Below, piece after piece: positions 15,678 through 23,074 of a stretch of DNA of 32,000 nt (within the stretch, counting starts at the first letter, position 1; every line of letters begins with the position of its first letter). This stretch comes from Candidatus Lokiarchaeum ossiferum (GTDB lineage Archaea > Asgardarchaeota > Lokiarchaeia > Sigyniarchaeales > Promethearchaeaceae). Below the pieces are notes generated by a model. It saw only the letters and a program-made list of their open reading frames with translations, searched no databases and was not told the origin of the DNA. The stretch is from the NCBI GenBank assembly GCA_025839675.1, contig CP104013.1, positions 4,620,001 to 4,652,000 on the forward strand. The letters run 5' to 3'. Position numbers and translations under genes: made by a program.

Positions 15678-16490
15678 ATGCGAAATCTCTTTGAATCCTA
15701 TGCGGAACTGCCTCTCTTTTTACGGAGACCTCTTTGGAGAATCTGGCACAATTTTCTTGTTAAGCAAGATAAATCTATGGTTATAAAATTTATGAATTAT
15801 GGTTATGCACCTCTCAATGATTCGGAACCGGCTTTAGAATTGATTCCTGAAGATGAACCTGAACGATATTGTATCAATTTGTATCATCATGATGTCGAAG
15901 GTGTTGATCTTGAAGGAAAAGAAATTCTTGAAGTAGGTTGTGGACGGGGGGGTGGGGCGTCTTATATCTCTCGTTACTTTAAACCAAAATCTTATATTGG
16001 ATTGGATCTGTCAAAAAAAGCGATTCGATTTTGCAATCGAAAATTGAAGAGTTCCAATTTGTCCTTTGTTCAAGGGAATGCGGAGGATTTACCTTTTGAA
16101 GATAATTCCTTTGATGCAATTGTCAATGTGGAATCTTCTCGATGTTATCCTCATGTAGATAAATTTTTATCCGAAGTCCATCGGGTTTTAAGACCAGGAG
16201 GCTATCTTCTATTCTCTGATATGCGTTTTGTCGCTGATTTGGATGTATTAAGAAAACAATTTTTAGACGCAGGTTTAAAAATTTTAGAAGAGGAAAATGT
16301 TCTTCCCAATATAGTTAAAGCTCTTGAATTAGATAGCTTAAGACGAGAAACATTAATTGACGAGAAATGTCCTAAATTTCTCCGAAATTCTGCTCGTGAA
16401 TTTTCTGGTACCTTAGGCTCTGAACGTTATCGCTTATTTAAAGATGGTGAGATGCAATATCACCGATTTAGAGTACAAAAAGCAGTATAA
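15678..16490 (+). CDS. Class I SAM-dependent methyltransferase
   Basis: 270-aa ORF with ATG at 15678. Motif I is ILEVGCGRGGGASYI, the acidic post-I residue lies in IGLDLS, and LRPGGYLLFSD is the post-III-like motif. The substrate cannot be inferred. Confidence 0.8.
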   Translation: MRNLFESYAELPLFLRRPLWRIWHNFLVKQDKSMVIKFMNYGYAPLNDSEPALELIPEDEPERYCINLYHHDVEGVDLEGKEILEVGCGRGGGASYISRYFKPKSYIGLDLSKKAIRFCNRKLKSSNLSFVQGNAEDLPFEDNSFDAIVNVESSRCYPHVDKFLSEVHRVLRPGGYLLFSDMRFVADLDVLRKQFLDAGLKILEEENVLPNIVKALELDSLRRETLIDEKCPKFLRNSAREFSGTLGSERYRLFKDGEMQYHRFRVQKAV

Positions 16491-16554
16491 AAAAAAGAAC
16501 CCAAAATCTATTATAGGGGAGGATTTCCTTCCTGGCCGATTTTTTTATTTATTT

Positions 16555-17172
16555 TTAAAATTTTAATTCATCAAAATCCTCATCTAAATCAATTTCGATC
16601 GTCCGTTCTTCTTCATTATCCTCTTCATCATCAAAACTCTTTTTTTTCTTTTTCTTATTAGTCGATTTTGGTAAACTTTTCAACCAATCTTCATTGAAAT
16701 TAAAAATTTTTTGCCCTTTTATGATTTGGGAAAGAAATTCCACATCAATATCTTCAATGTAAGGGTTGTCATTTAATTTTGCTATGAATTCTTCATGATC
16801 TTCCGCGGTGGTATGAATTGAAATGAGATAGATTACTTTAGAATCTTCAGACAATGCGATAAAAAGAACTTGGGGAAATTCATTATTAATAAAGCTCGCA
16901 AATGATTTGAGAAACATATCATCTAAGCTGGAGATGTTCAGAGGTTTGACTTTGATTTTTTGAATTGCAATTTTTTCAATATTGAGGAAATCCGGGTTGA
17001 AAATGATACTGTAACCTAAAATGACATTATTCGATTTCAAGCGTTGCAGGCGATGATAAATGGTGGATGTTTTTTTATTTAATTCATCAGCGAGTTTTTT
17101 TAAGCTTTTCCGGGCGTCATCTTCAAGATATTTCAAAATTTCTATGTCCAAATCATCGATTTGCTTTTTCAC
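16555..17172 (-). CDS. Lrp/AsnC-family transcriptional regulator with a K-run plus acidic C-terminal tail
   Basis: 205-aa ORF. GTG at 17170-17172 is the forced start, because TAA lies two codons upstream in frame. The N-terminal wHTH (DDLDIEILKYLEDDARKSLKKLADELNKKTSTIYHRLQRLKSNNVILGY) is followed by a RAM-like domain. The tail is KSTNKKKKKKSFDDEEDNEEERTIEIDLDEDFDELKF. Confidence 0.85.
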   Translation of the reverse strand: MKKQIDDLDIEILKYLEDDARKSLKKLADELNKKTSTIYHRLQRLKSNNVILGYSIIFNPDFLNIEKIAIQKIKVKPLNISSLDDMFLKSFASFINNEFPQVLFIALSEDSKVIYLISIHTTAEDHEEFIAKLNDNPYIEDIDVEFLSQIIKGQKIFNFNEDWLKSLPKSTNKKKKKKSFDDEEDNEEERTIEIDLDEDFDELKF

Positions 17173-17317
17173 GTGTTATTCCCCTCTTTTTTGGCATTTT
17201 AACTCATGATGCCGATGCACACAATATTGATTCTCTTTGTGTTTATCTTAATTAAATATCGGTATATGACTTATTATATTTTTTTGTAATTTTGTAATTA
17301 ATATGATTGGTTTAACA

Positions 17318-17348
17318 AAAAATATTCCAAGTTTGTTAGAATATTTTT
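17318..17348. promoter_or_regulatory. A/T-rich 10-bp inverted repeat with 11-bp spacer between the two Lrp/AsnC genes
   Basis: aaaaatattc at 17318-17327 and gaatattttt at 17339-17348 are exact reverse complements. The repeat lies about 150 nt upstream of the GTG start at 17172. Candidate autoregulatory operator. Confidence 0.25.
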
Positions 17349-17457
17349 CCAATATTGTAAATTAAAGCTAAAATATAGATAAAAAATGAGTAAATACATT
17401 TTACTCTTCTTTTAGGATAGTCGAGTTTAATAGTTGCGAGTATTTAAAAAATTGTCT

Positions 17458-18042
17458 TTAGAAAAAGACTTCTGATGTGTTTTCATCGTTTTGAGCTTCT
17501 TTTTCCTTCTTGTCGATAACTTCATCGGAATTATCATCGAAGTATTCTCCATCTTCTTCCTGTTCAAGCATGTCGCCCATGAATGTAAAGATTTTTTTCC
17601 CTTTTAAGATTTTATTGAACATAATGGTATTGAAACTTTCAATATATGGATTTTCCTTGATTAATTCGTTAAATTTGGCGAAATGCTTATCATCTCTGAA
17701 AGTAGCAATGATCCAGATTTGTTCATCGTTTCCCACAGAGCTGAATAAAACTTCTTGATATTGATCGCTCAAAAATTTTGCAAAAGATTCCAAGAACATA
17801 GAATCTAATTTTCCAATTACCATTTTCTTTAATCGGATTGAAATTAAAGAATGTACGGTTAATCCTATTTCTTCAGGATTTACAACGATGGTAAACCGTT
17901 CGAGTATATTACTTTCACGCAATTTGTGCAATCGATGGTAGATGGTTGAAGTTTTTACATTCAAATCCCGCGCCAAATTTTTTAATGAAACTCGTGCGTT
18001 TTGTTCCATCGCTGCTAATAATTTAATATCTACTTTATCCAA
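17458..18042 (-). CDS. Lrp/AsnC-family transcriptional regulator with an acidic C-terminal tail (paralog)
   Basis: 194-aa ORF. TTG at 18040-18042 is the forced start, because TAA sits immediately upstream in frame and the next ATG would delete the first HTH helix. The wHTH reads DKVDIKLLAAMEQNARVSLKNLARDLNVKTSTIYHRLHKLRESNILERF. It shares I.KG.KIF.F with the 16555 paralog. The tail is EQEEDGEYFDDNSDEVIDKKEKEAQNDENTSEVFF. Confidence 0.85.
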   Translation of the reverse strand: MDKVDIKLLAAMEQNARVSLKNLARDLNVKTSTIYHRLHKLRESNILERFTIVVNPEEIGLTVHSLISIRLKKMVIGKLDSMFLESFAKFLSDQYQEVLFSSVGNDEQIWIIATFRDDKHFAKFNELIKENPYIESFNTIMFNKILKGKKIFTFMGDMLEQEEDGEYFDDNSDEVIDKKEKEAQNDENTSEVFF

Positions 18043-18444
18043 TTAAAATTCCCCCAATTAATACTACATCTGAAATACTGCCGAAGCGCCCTTCATATTT
18101 ATTTTCAAACATTCCAATGAACCGAGTTCCGATTAATAAATGTTTTGGAAAACAGAGAACATTTTTGTTGATCTCTGGTAAATATGAAAACTCCCTCTTT
18201 TTTGTTCTGTTTATGGGCTTTGAAAATTCCAAGACTCTTTCGACATTATTTCTTAGAATTACTATAAGGTTGTGTTCGAAGTCTTTTAATCTCTCATTTC
18301 AAGAAAATTTATCAGAAGTTTTTAGAAATATTCTAATGTGATTCTGCGCAAAAATGAAAGGGATGTCCTCAGAATGGTGTAAAAATAGGATGTTATATAG
18401 GGATCAAAAGGGGTTGAATAAATTTATTTATAGGGTACTTATAT

Positions 18445-18951
18445 CTATGAACAAGCTTTTTCCCATTGAGATACTATTTTTTGACACGAGTAATCAATGG
18501 TATTGAGAATCTTCCGGAATTTTTCTGCTTCTATGGTAAATGGATCGATGATATCGCCATCAATTCCCGCCGCTTCAGAAAGAGTTTTCATTTTCCCTTC
18601 TATTTTGCGACGTTTCCGTTTGGTTGTATCACAAAAATAGTGCTTTAATATATATTCCTTATGCCACCGTTCCATCACTAATATCTGATCAAATTGAGTT
18701 AAGTAACGTCTGGTAGTCATTTTTGAACGGAATCCAGTAAGATTAAATCCTTTTTCTTTAACAAATTCATCAGAAATATCAGATAATTCAAGTTTTCCTC
18801 CAAATAATCCGGCTGAATCAAAATTGATTTTATGAAGTGCTGAATTTTTACTTCTTTTAGTGTACTCCCGCAACAATACTTCGGCGACTGGGGATCGACA
18901 AACATTGCCGACACAAACCGTTGTTACGGATTTTGGAATTTTGTTACTCAT
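18445..18951 (-). CDS. Low-molecular-weight protein-tyrosine phosphatase / ArsC-like phosphatase
   Basis: The P-loop CVGNVCRSP (C-X5-R-S) sits near the N-terminus, and a DP motif (DIIDPF) lies in the C-terminal third. The track starts at TTG 18957, but ATG at 18949-18951 (MSNKIPKS...) is the likelier start. Confidence 0.8.
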   Translation of the reverse strand: MSNKIPKSVTTVCVGNVCRSPVAEVLLREYTKRSKNSALHKINFDSAGLFGGKLELSDISDEFVKEKGFNLTGFRSKMTTRRYLTQFDQILVMERWHKEYILKHYFCDTTKRKRRKIEGKMKTLSEAAGIDGDIIDPFTIEAEKFRKILNTIDYSCQKIVSQWEKACS

Positions 18952-19260
18952 TGACAAATATGATAACTCCCTCTTTGTTTTGATTCCGCACTCTTACTTA
19001 TGCTCTAATAACTACTTATTTTTTTTACCTTAAAGATTTTTTCATAATATCGCTCCATTTTTTCCCATGACAAGAAGGAATTATTAGATCAGATTGATCT
19101 GTGAAATTTTGTATTCATTTTACCGTAAATTAGAAAGTTATGTCTAACAAATCAATAAATCATTTTCTGGAATTTGCAATGTTGAAATAATTTACTTTGA
19201 TTCTCTTTCTCTTGCTTCTAAATGTGCATTACAATATGAAAACAAATAATTATAGAATAT

Positions 19261-19783
19261 TTATCGATCGTTCGATATCAAAAGTTCTAGATCCGCAAGT
19301 AGTTGTTCATTTGAAATCATAAATATTGAATTATTTCCAATTTTTTTTGCTTCTTCTATATTTTGATCCATATCATAAATAAAGATCTCTTCTTCAGGTT
19401 TCAATTGAAGTGATCGAGGACATGTTGATATATTTCGCGATCTGGTTTTCTGTGCCCTATTTCTTGGGAAAAGAATATGTTTTCAAAATATGAGAAGAGA
19501 GTTGGAAATATTTTAGTAAAGTTGCTCGATGATCACATTCTCGCTGCTTTGGTTTCTCGATTCTAAATGGCTCAACCTAATGAGACTTCGCTCGACTTCT
19601 AACATTATGACCAAAGTTTTTTCGAACCTTTTTGGCTCCTTTTGTGGGAAATCTTACATAATCTTGCTGTGTCTCTGAGTTCATTTCCATTTTTAGAATA
19701 ATCACCAAAATAATTCTTACGTTCTTTTGAAAATATATTTGGGATTGTTCCAAAGATTTTGTTTTTTTTTCACTAAATACTCG
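19261..19783 (-). pseudogene. Decayed HAD-superfamily (subfamily IA-like) hydrolase
   Basis: Hand translation of the reverse strand gives SSSNFTKIFPTLFSYFENIFFSQEIGHRKPDREIYQHVLDHFN, stopping at TGA 19401-19403. The sequence then continues one nucleotide out of frame as LKPEEEIFIYDMDQNIEEAKKIGNNSIFMISNEQLLADLELLISNDR, stopping at TAA 19261-19263. These are HAD motif III (KPD) and motif IV (D.D) contexts. Further upstream fragments (KIFGTIPNIF..., ...NQSSENVIIEQL) lie in other frames with stops. A possible GTG at 19781-19783 precedes an A9 run. Confidence 0.55.
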
Positions 19784-20242
19784 TAAATTGGTCCAAAATT
19801 GCGTTATTTACTTGCTAATAAGTGGGTCTTTTGCGGTGTTTAGAGTTTTTTGTTTTCTTACTTCAAAAAATAGTTATCATTGTGACCGCTTTCTTTTTTC
19901 AGACGGATTTTAAATCATAGAAAATTAATCATTTACGTCTGAAATTTTTTTTAAAACTGCTATTTTTTCTGCTCTCCCCTCAAAATTATCTTTTTTTTCC
20001 AACAACTTATTTTCTCCATGATAGCGTGAACTTTGATGCAACTCATTTCACACTCAAAAAATTAGATATCTAATTCACCAAAATATACATTTTAATTTTT
20101 TGACCCATTCTTTCTCTCTTATTTTCACTTTGTCGCCCCCAATTTTGACATAATAAATTTTCTGCTCCCAACTACATGCGATGGTTATTCATCAAAATTG
20201 GGATCTGTCGGTTTTTTTTTTCAAATTTTTTGGGAAAAAAAA

Positions 20243-20255
20243 TGGAAAATTTCCA
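20243..20255. promoter_or_regulatory. Perfect 6-1-6 palindrome TGGAAA-A-TTTCCA directly 5' of A/T-rich TATA-like sequence (AAAATATACCCTTTATAC)
   Basis: tggaaaatttcca read directly at 20243-20255. It is the exact reverse complement of the 9891-9903 site and lies about 130 nt upstream of the TFB reading frame. Confidence 0.4.
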
Positions 20256-20383
20256 AAATATACCCTTTATACAAAATCGGTTATAATTCTAATACATTGC
20301 AAAAGTTGATTCATTGAATTAACTTGGGCTTACCAACAACAATAAACAAAGGGGGTTTTTTTTATTTTAACATTAAAACGGGA

Positions 20384-21281
20384 ATGGTTAGAAAACTACG
20401 AAAAACAATGCTGTGCCTCTCCATCGATAGGGGAACAAGAAGGGTATTTAGTGTGTAAAAACTGTGGGGTGGTGTTCCACCGCACGTTTGATAATTCACC
20501 TCGTCGTGCATTTACGCAAGATGAGATTAATAAGCGAAAAAGTCAAGAACCGGTTTATAGTCCAATTGGTCCACGAACCGTAATTCGGGGGAATACAGAT
20601 TCAAAAGGAACTCTGATGTCCGCTCAAGAACAGTTAAAATTTTCAAGGCTAGGCAAGATTCACAGATCTTTAACAAGTTCATATGAACGTAATTTATGGA
20701 TTGCCTTACCAAACTTTCAACGATTACAAGAACGAATGGGCTTACCTGCAACAGTTGTAAAAGACGCAATCCGCATCTATCAAAATGCTGTTAAGGCTAA
20801 ATTAACCATGGGGCGTAGTATTGATATCTTAATGGCGGCTTCAATCTTTGTTTCATTAAAAATTCATGGAATTCCACGGGTTGTGGAAGAAATTATAAAA
20901 GATGTGGATGTTCCTAAGAAGAATGTAGTGAAATGCTATCGCTTATTATTAATGCGAATATTACCACAAATGAAAATTCGCGTTGTGCACTTGGGGCCGA
21001 TTCGTTATGTGGATAAATTTGGTGAAGAATTGCAATTGTCCATGAATGTTCGCCAAGATGCTTGTCGATTATTACGCAGAGCCAAAAAGAATGGATTACT
21101 TATTGAAGGCAAAGATCCGAAAGGCTTAGCGGCGGCAGCTATTTATATTACTTCACACTTGCACAAACAACCAAGAACCCAAAATGCGATCGCAAAATTA
21201 TCCCATATTACCGAAGTGACTCTACGGGTGCGCTGTCGGGATTTAAAAAAATACTGTAAAATTCCAAGTATCGGTCGATGA
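20384..21281 (+). CDS. tfb: Transcription initiation factor B (TFB/TFIIB homolog); the 5' end needs a +1 frame change or a non-canonical start
   Basis: The track ORF 20451-21281 (GTG start) encodes the second zinc knuckle CKNCG. It continues with the B-reader/linker (DNSPRRAFTQDE) and two cyclin folds (GRSIDILMAASIFVSLKIHGIPRVVEEI and GKDPKGLAAAAIYITSHLHKQPRTQNAIAKLSHITEVTLRVRCRDL). The same frame is open back to 20346 and encodes ...EKQCCASPSIGEQEGYLV, the first half of the ribbon, but with no ATG, GTG or TTG. ATG at 20384 is in the neighbouring frame (see findings). Confidence 0.85.
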
Positions 21282-21310
21282 TCTGGAATCAAGTAAGAAT
21301 TATACTTATT

Positions 21311-21357
21311 CAACAACCAACCAACCAAACAAACAAACAAACAAAACAACCAACAAC
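21311..21357. repeat. Tetranucleotide microsatellite, (CCAA)n merging into (ACAA)n
   Basis: caacaaccaaccaaccaaacaaacaaacaaacaaaacaaccaacaac, read directly. Confidence 0.85.
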
Positions 21358-21403
21358 TCTTCTTTTTTTCTTTTTTCTTTTCTTTCTTCATTTTCTTCTT
21401 CTG
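21358..21403 (+). terminator. Polypyrimidine / oligo-T tract downstream of tfb (archaeal oligo-T terminator candidate)
   Basis: tcttctttttttcttttttcttttctttcttcattttcttcttct, containing T7 at 21363-21369 and T6 at 21371-21376, about 80 nt after the tfb stop. Archaeal RNAP terminates at oligo-T. Confidence 0.4.
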
Positions 21404-21469
21404 ATGAAGATAGATTCATATTGCCGATCTATGGTGGATCAATGAAAAATTGAAAAAAAATGACTAAAT

Positions 21470-22885
21470 TTAGACAATTTTGGTAAAAGTGATATTTGGA
21501 TGAACATTGAAAATTAATCCTCCTGCTGTAAAAGCGGGATATATTAATTTCTCATCAAATTCTAGATTTAAATCCAAGTATAAAATGGAATTTTCTACCG
21601 TGTAGTTGAAAGATGGTAAAAGGCTGCCATATCCGTGATTGGCGGCATATAAGTAAGTCAAATTCCATTTTGCCTCCACTAGTTTCTCGGAATGTTCATC
21701 TAATAATCCGTAGGTTACATTGAGATTGGAAGGGATCTCAAAATGAATTGGAGTCGTGTCTTGAAATATGATTTCATTTACTGAAAAAACCAAGTTATCT
21801 AGTTCAAAGGAACCGCTGATGGTGGTTGATCGAGCAATACTCCCGTCAAATCCTCGTTTATGGAAACGAACTGGTTTAAAGCAATTTACAACATACACGG
21901 TGACTTCATCCATTCCGCTGATATCAAAGAGGAAATAATCGGCAGTTTCATCTTCAAAATTAGTATTTTGATAAGAATTATTTCCAATTTGATTAAAGAT
22001 CCCATTATATTCAGATAAAAAATTAATCTCATCTCCGGTTAATCTCACTTCGGTGCGGATAAATTCATTGCGACACCAAAATTTCATTTCTGATTTAAAA
22101 TTGGACTCTATATTAACTTGGACTGAATTGTTGCGCTTTACATGTTGAGCCCAATAAAACATGATCGATCCCATGTCACTGGTTAGATTTACCGATGCAG
22201 GCTTCGGAAAAACCACTTCCCAAAAATCTAAAAAGAGATTACCACTCTCTGAATTGAAAAAGACGTCTCCATTAATATTCAACCAATCTACATACAAGAA
22301 GATATTTCCTGTTTTTGAGAATAACTGAACATCGGATTTTATGGATGTTTGATTTAAATAGCCGCGAAATTCCCCATCCCCAGTAGACACTTCAAATCGA
22401 TCAAAGACAAAATTTCCCTTAGCTTCTAAGTAGACATTCCCATCTTTGGTGTCACTATCAAAAACATAATTTTCATAATCGGAACTAATCCAAATGGTAT
22501 AATTCCATCCATAGGCTGTTGAAAAGAAATCATCTTTCGAGTAGATACTACGAACCGTAATTTTCAATGTATCTCCACTTTTTCTCTCGGAAATCGAGAT
22601 TTTTAAAGGACTATGCAGATACGATTCAATCACAGTAGCATTCAGATAGGCTTCGAGAAGAGTGGAAGAATTTTCTGGTAGAAAAATGAAATTTACATCA
22701 ATATTATCCGCGCGATTATAGATTTCTATGTTTTTAACATCATATTTTTCCTTATCTATATTAAATTCATCAGTATAAGTCCTTTTTGCTTTTTTATCGA
22801 AAATTCCATAATAAGCTGTCGAAATCAACCCAAGAGATAGAATAATCGTACTTGCAATCAGAATTTTTTTAGTTTTTTGTTGCAT
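21470..22885 (-). CDS. Membrane-anchored or secreted protein with beta-rich repeats (DUF4097/adhesin-like guess)
   Basis: 471-aa ORF with ATG at 22883-22885 and an N-terminal anchor KILIASTIILSLGLISTAYYGIF. It carries many N-x-S/T sequons and a cluster of G-[ND]-x-[FY]-[LF] strands (GNVYL, GNFVF, GNIFL, GDVFF, GNLFL). The family assignment is a guess. Confidence 0.65.
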   Translation of the reverse strand: MQQKTKKILIASTIILSLGLISTAYYGIFDKKAKRTYTDEFNIDKEKYDVKNIEIYNRADNIDVNFIFLPENSSTLLEAYLNATVIESYLHSPLKISISERKSGDTLKITVRSIYSKDDFFSTAYGWNYTIWISSDYENYVFDSDTKDGNVYLEAKGNFVFDRFEVSTGDGEFRGYLNQTSIKSDVQLFSKTGNIFLYVDWLNINGDVFFNSESGNLFLDFWEVVFPKPASVNLTSDMGSIMFYWAQHVKRNNSVQVNIESNFKSEMKFWCRNEFIRTEVRLTGDEINFLSEYNGIFNQIGNNSYQNTNFEDETADYFLFDISGMDEVTVYVVNCFKPVRFHKRGFDGSIARSTTISGSFELDNLVFSVNEIIFQDTTPIHFEIPSNLNVTYGLLDEHSEKLVEAKWNLTYLYAANHGYGSLLPSFNYTVENSILYLDLNLEFDEKLIYPAFTAGGLIFNVHPNITFTKIV

Positions 22886-23074
22886 AGGATGTGAAGTTGT
22901 GGGAATATATTTATAGTTTAGAGCGATTCATCAAATTTCATCTTCTTTAAGTTCACATTTTTTTGAACTTACAAATATAATGAGTCAGGAATTGCTAAAG
23001 GCTCATTTAGGAAAAAAAGTAAATTCTTGAAAATTATGCAAATTAATAACAATCAACAAAAAAAGTGTAATAAA

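Noticed and set aside
18035-18341. 65-aa minus-strand ORF and 74-aa plus-strand ORF between the Lrp/AsnC gene and the phosphatase gene
   Set aside because: They overlap each other on opposite strands, have no motifs, and occupy the promoter region of the Lrp/AsnC gene. There is not enough evidence to call either.
19621-19628. GGTTCGAA on the minus strand, resembling a tRNA T-loop
   Set aside because: There is no flanking T-stem or acceptor complementarity, and it lies inside the HAD pseudogene reading frames.
18958-20450. CRISPR array or mobile-element remnant in the long non-coding stretch
   Set aside because: There are no regularly spaced direct repeats and no terminal inverted repeats flanking a transposase-like frame. 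Only short, isolated similarities were seen (for example ttttctgctc at about 19965 and about 20157).
21143-21391. 82-aa minus-strand ORF (MKKEKKKEKKKSCWLFCLFVCLVGWLL...)
   Set aside because: It is the translation of the polypyrimidine tract and the CCAA/ACAA microsatellite, and it overlaps the 3' end of tfb. It is a low-complexity artefact.
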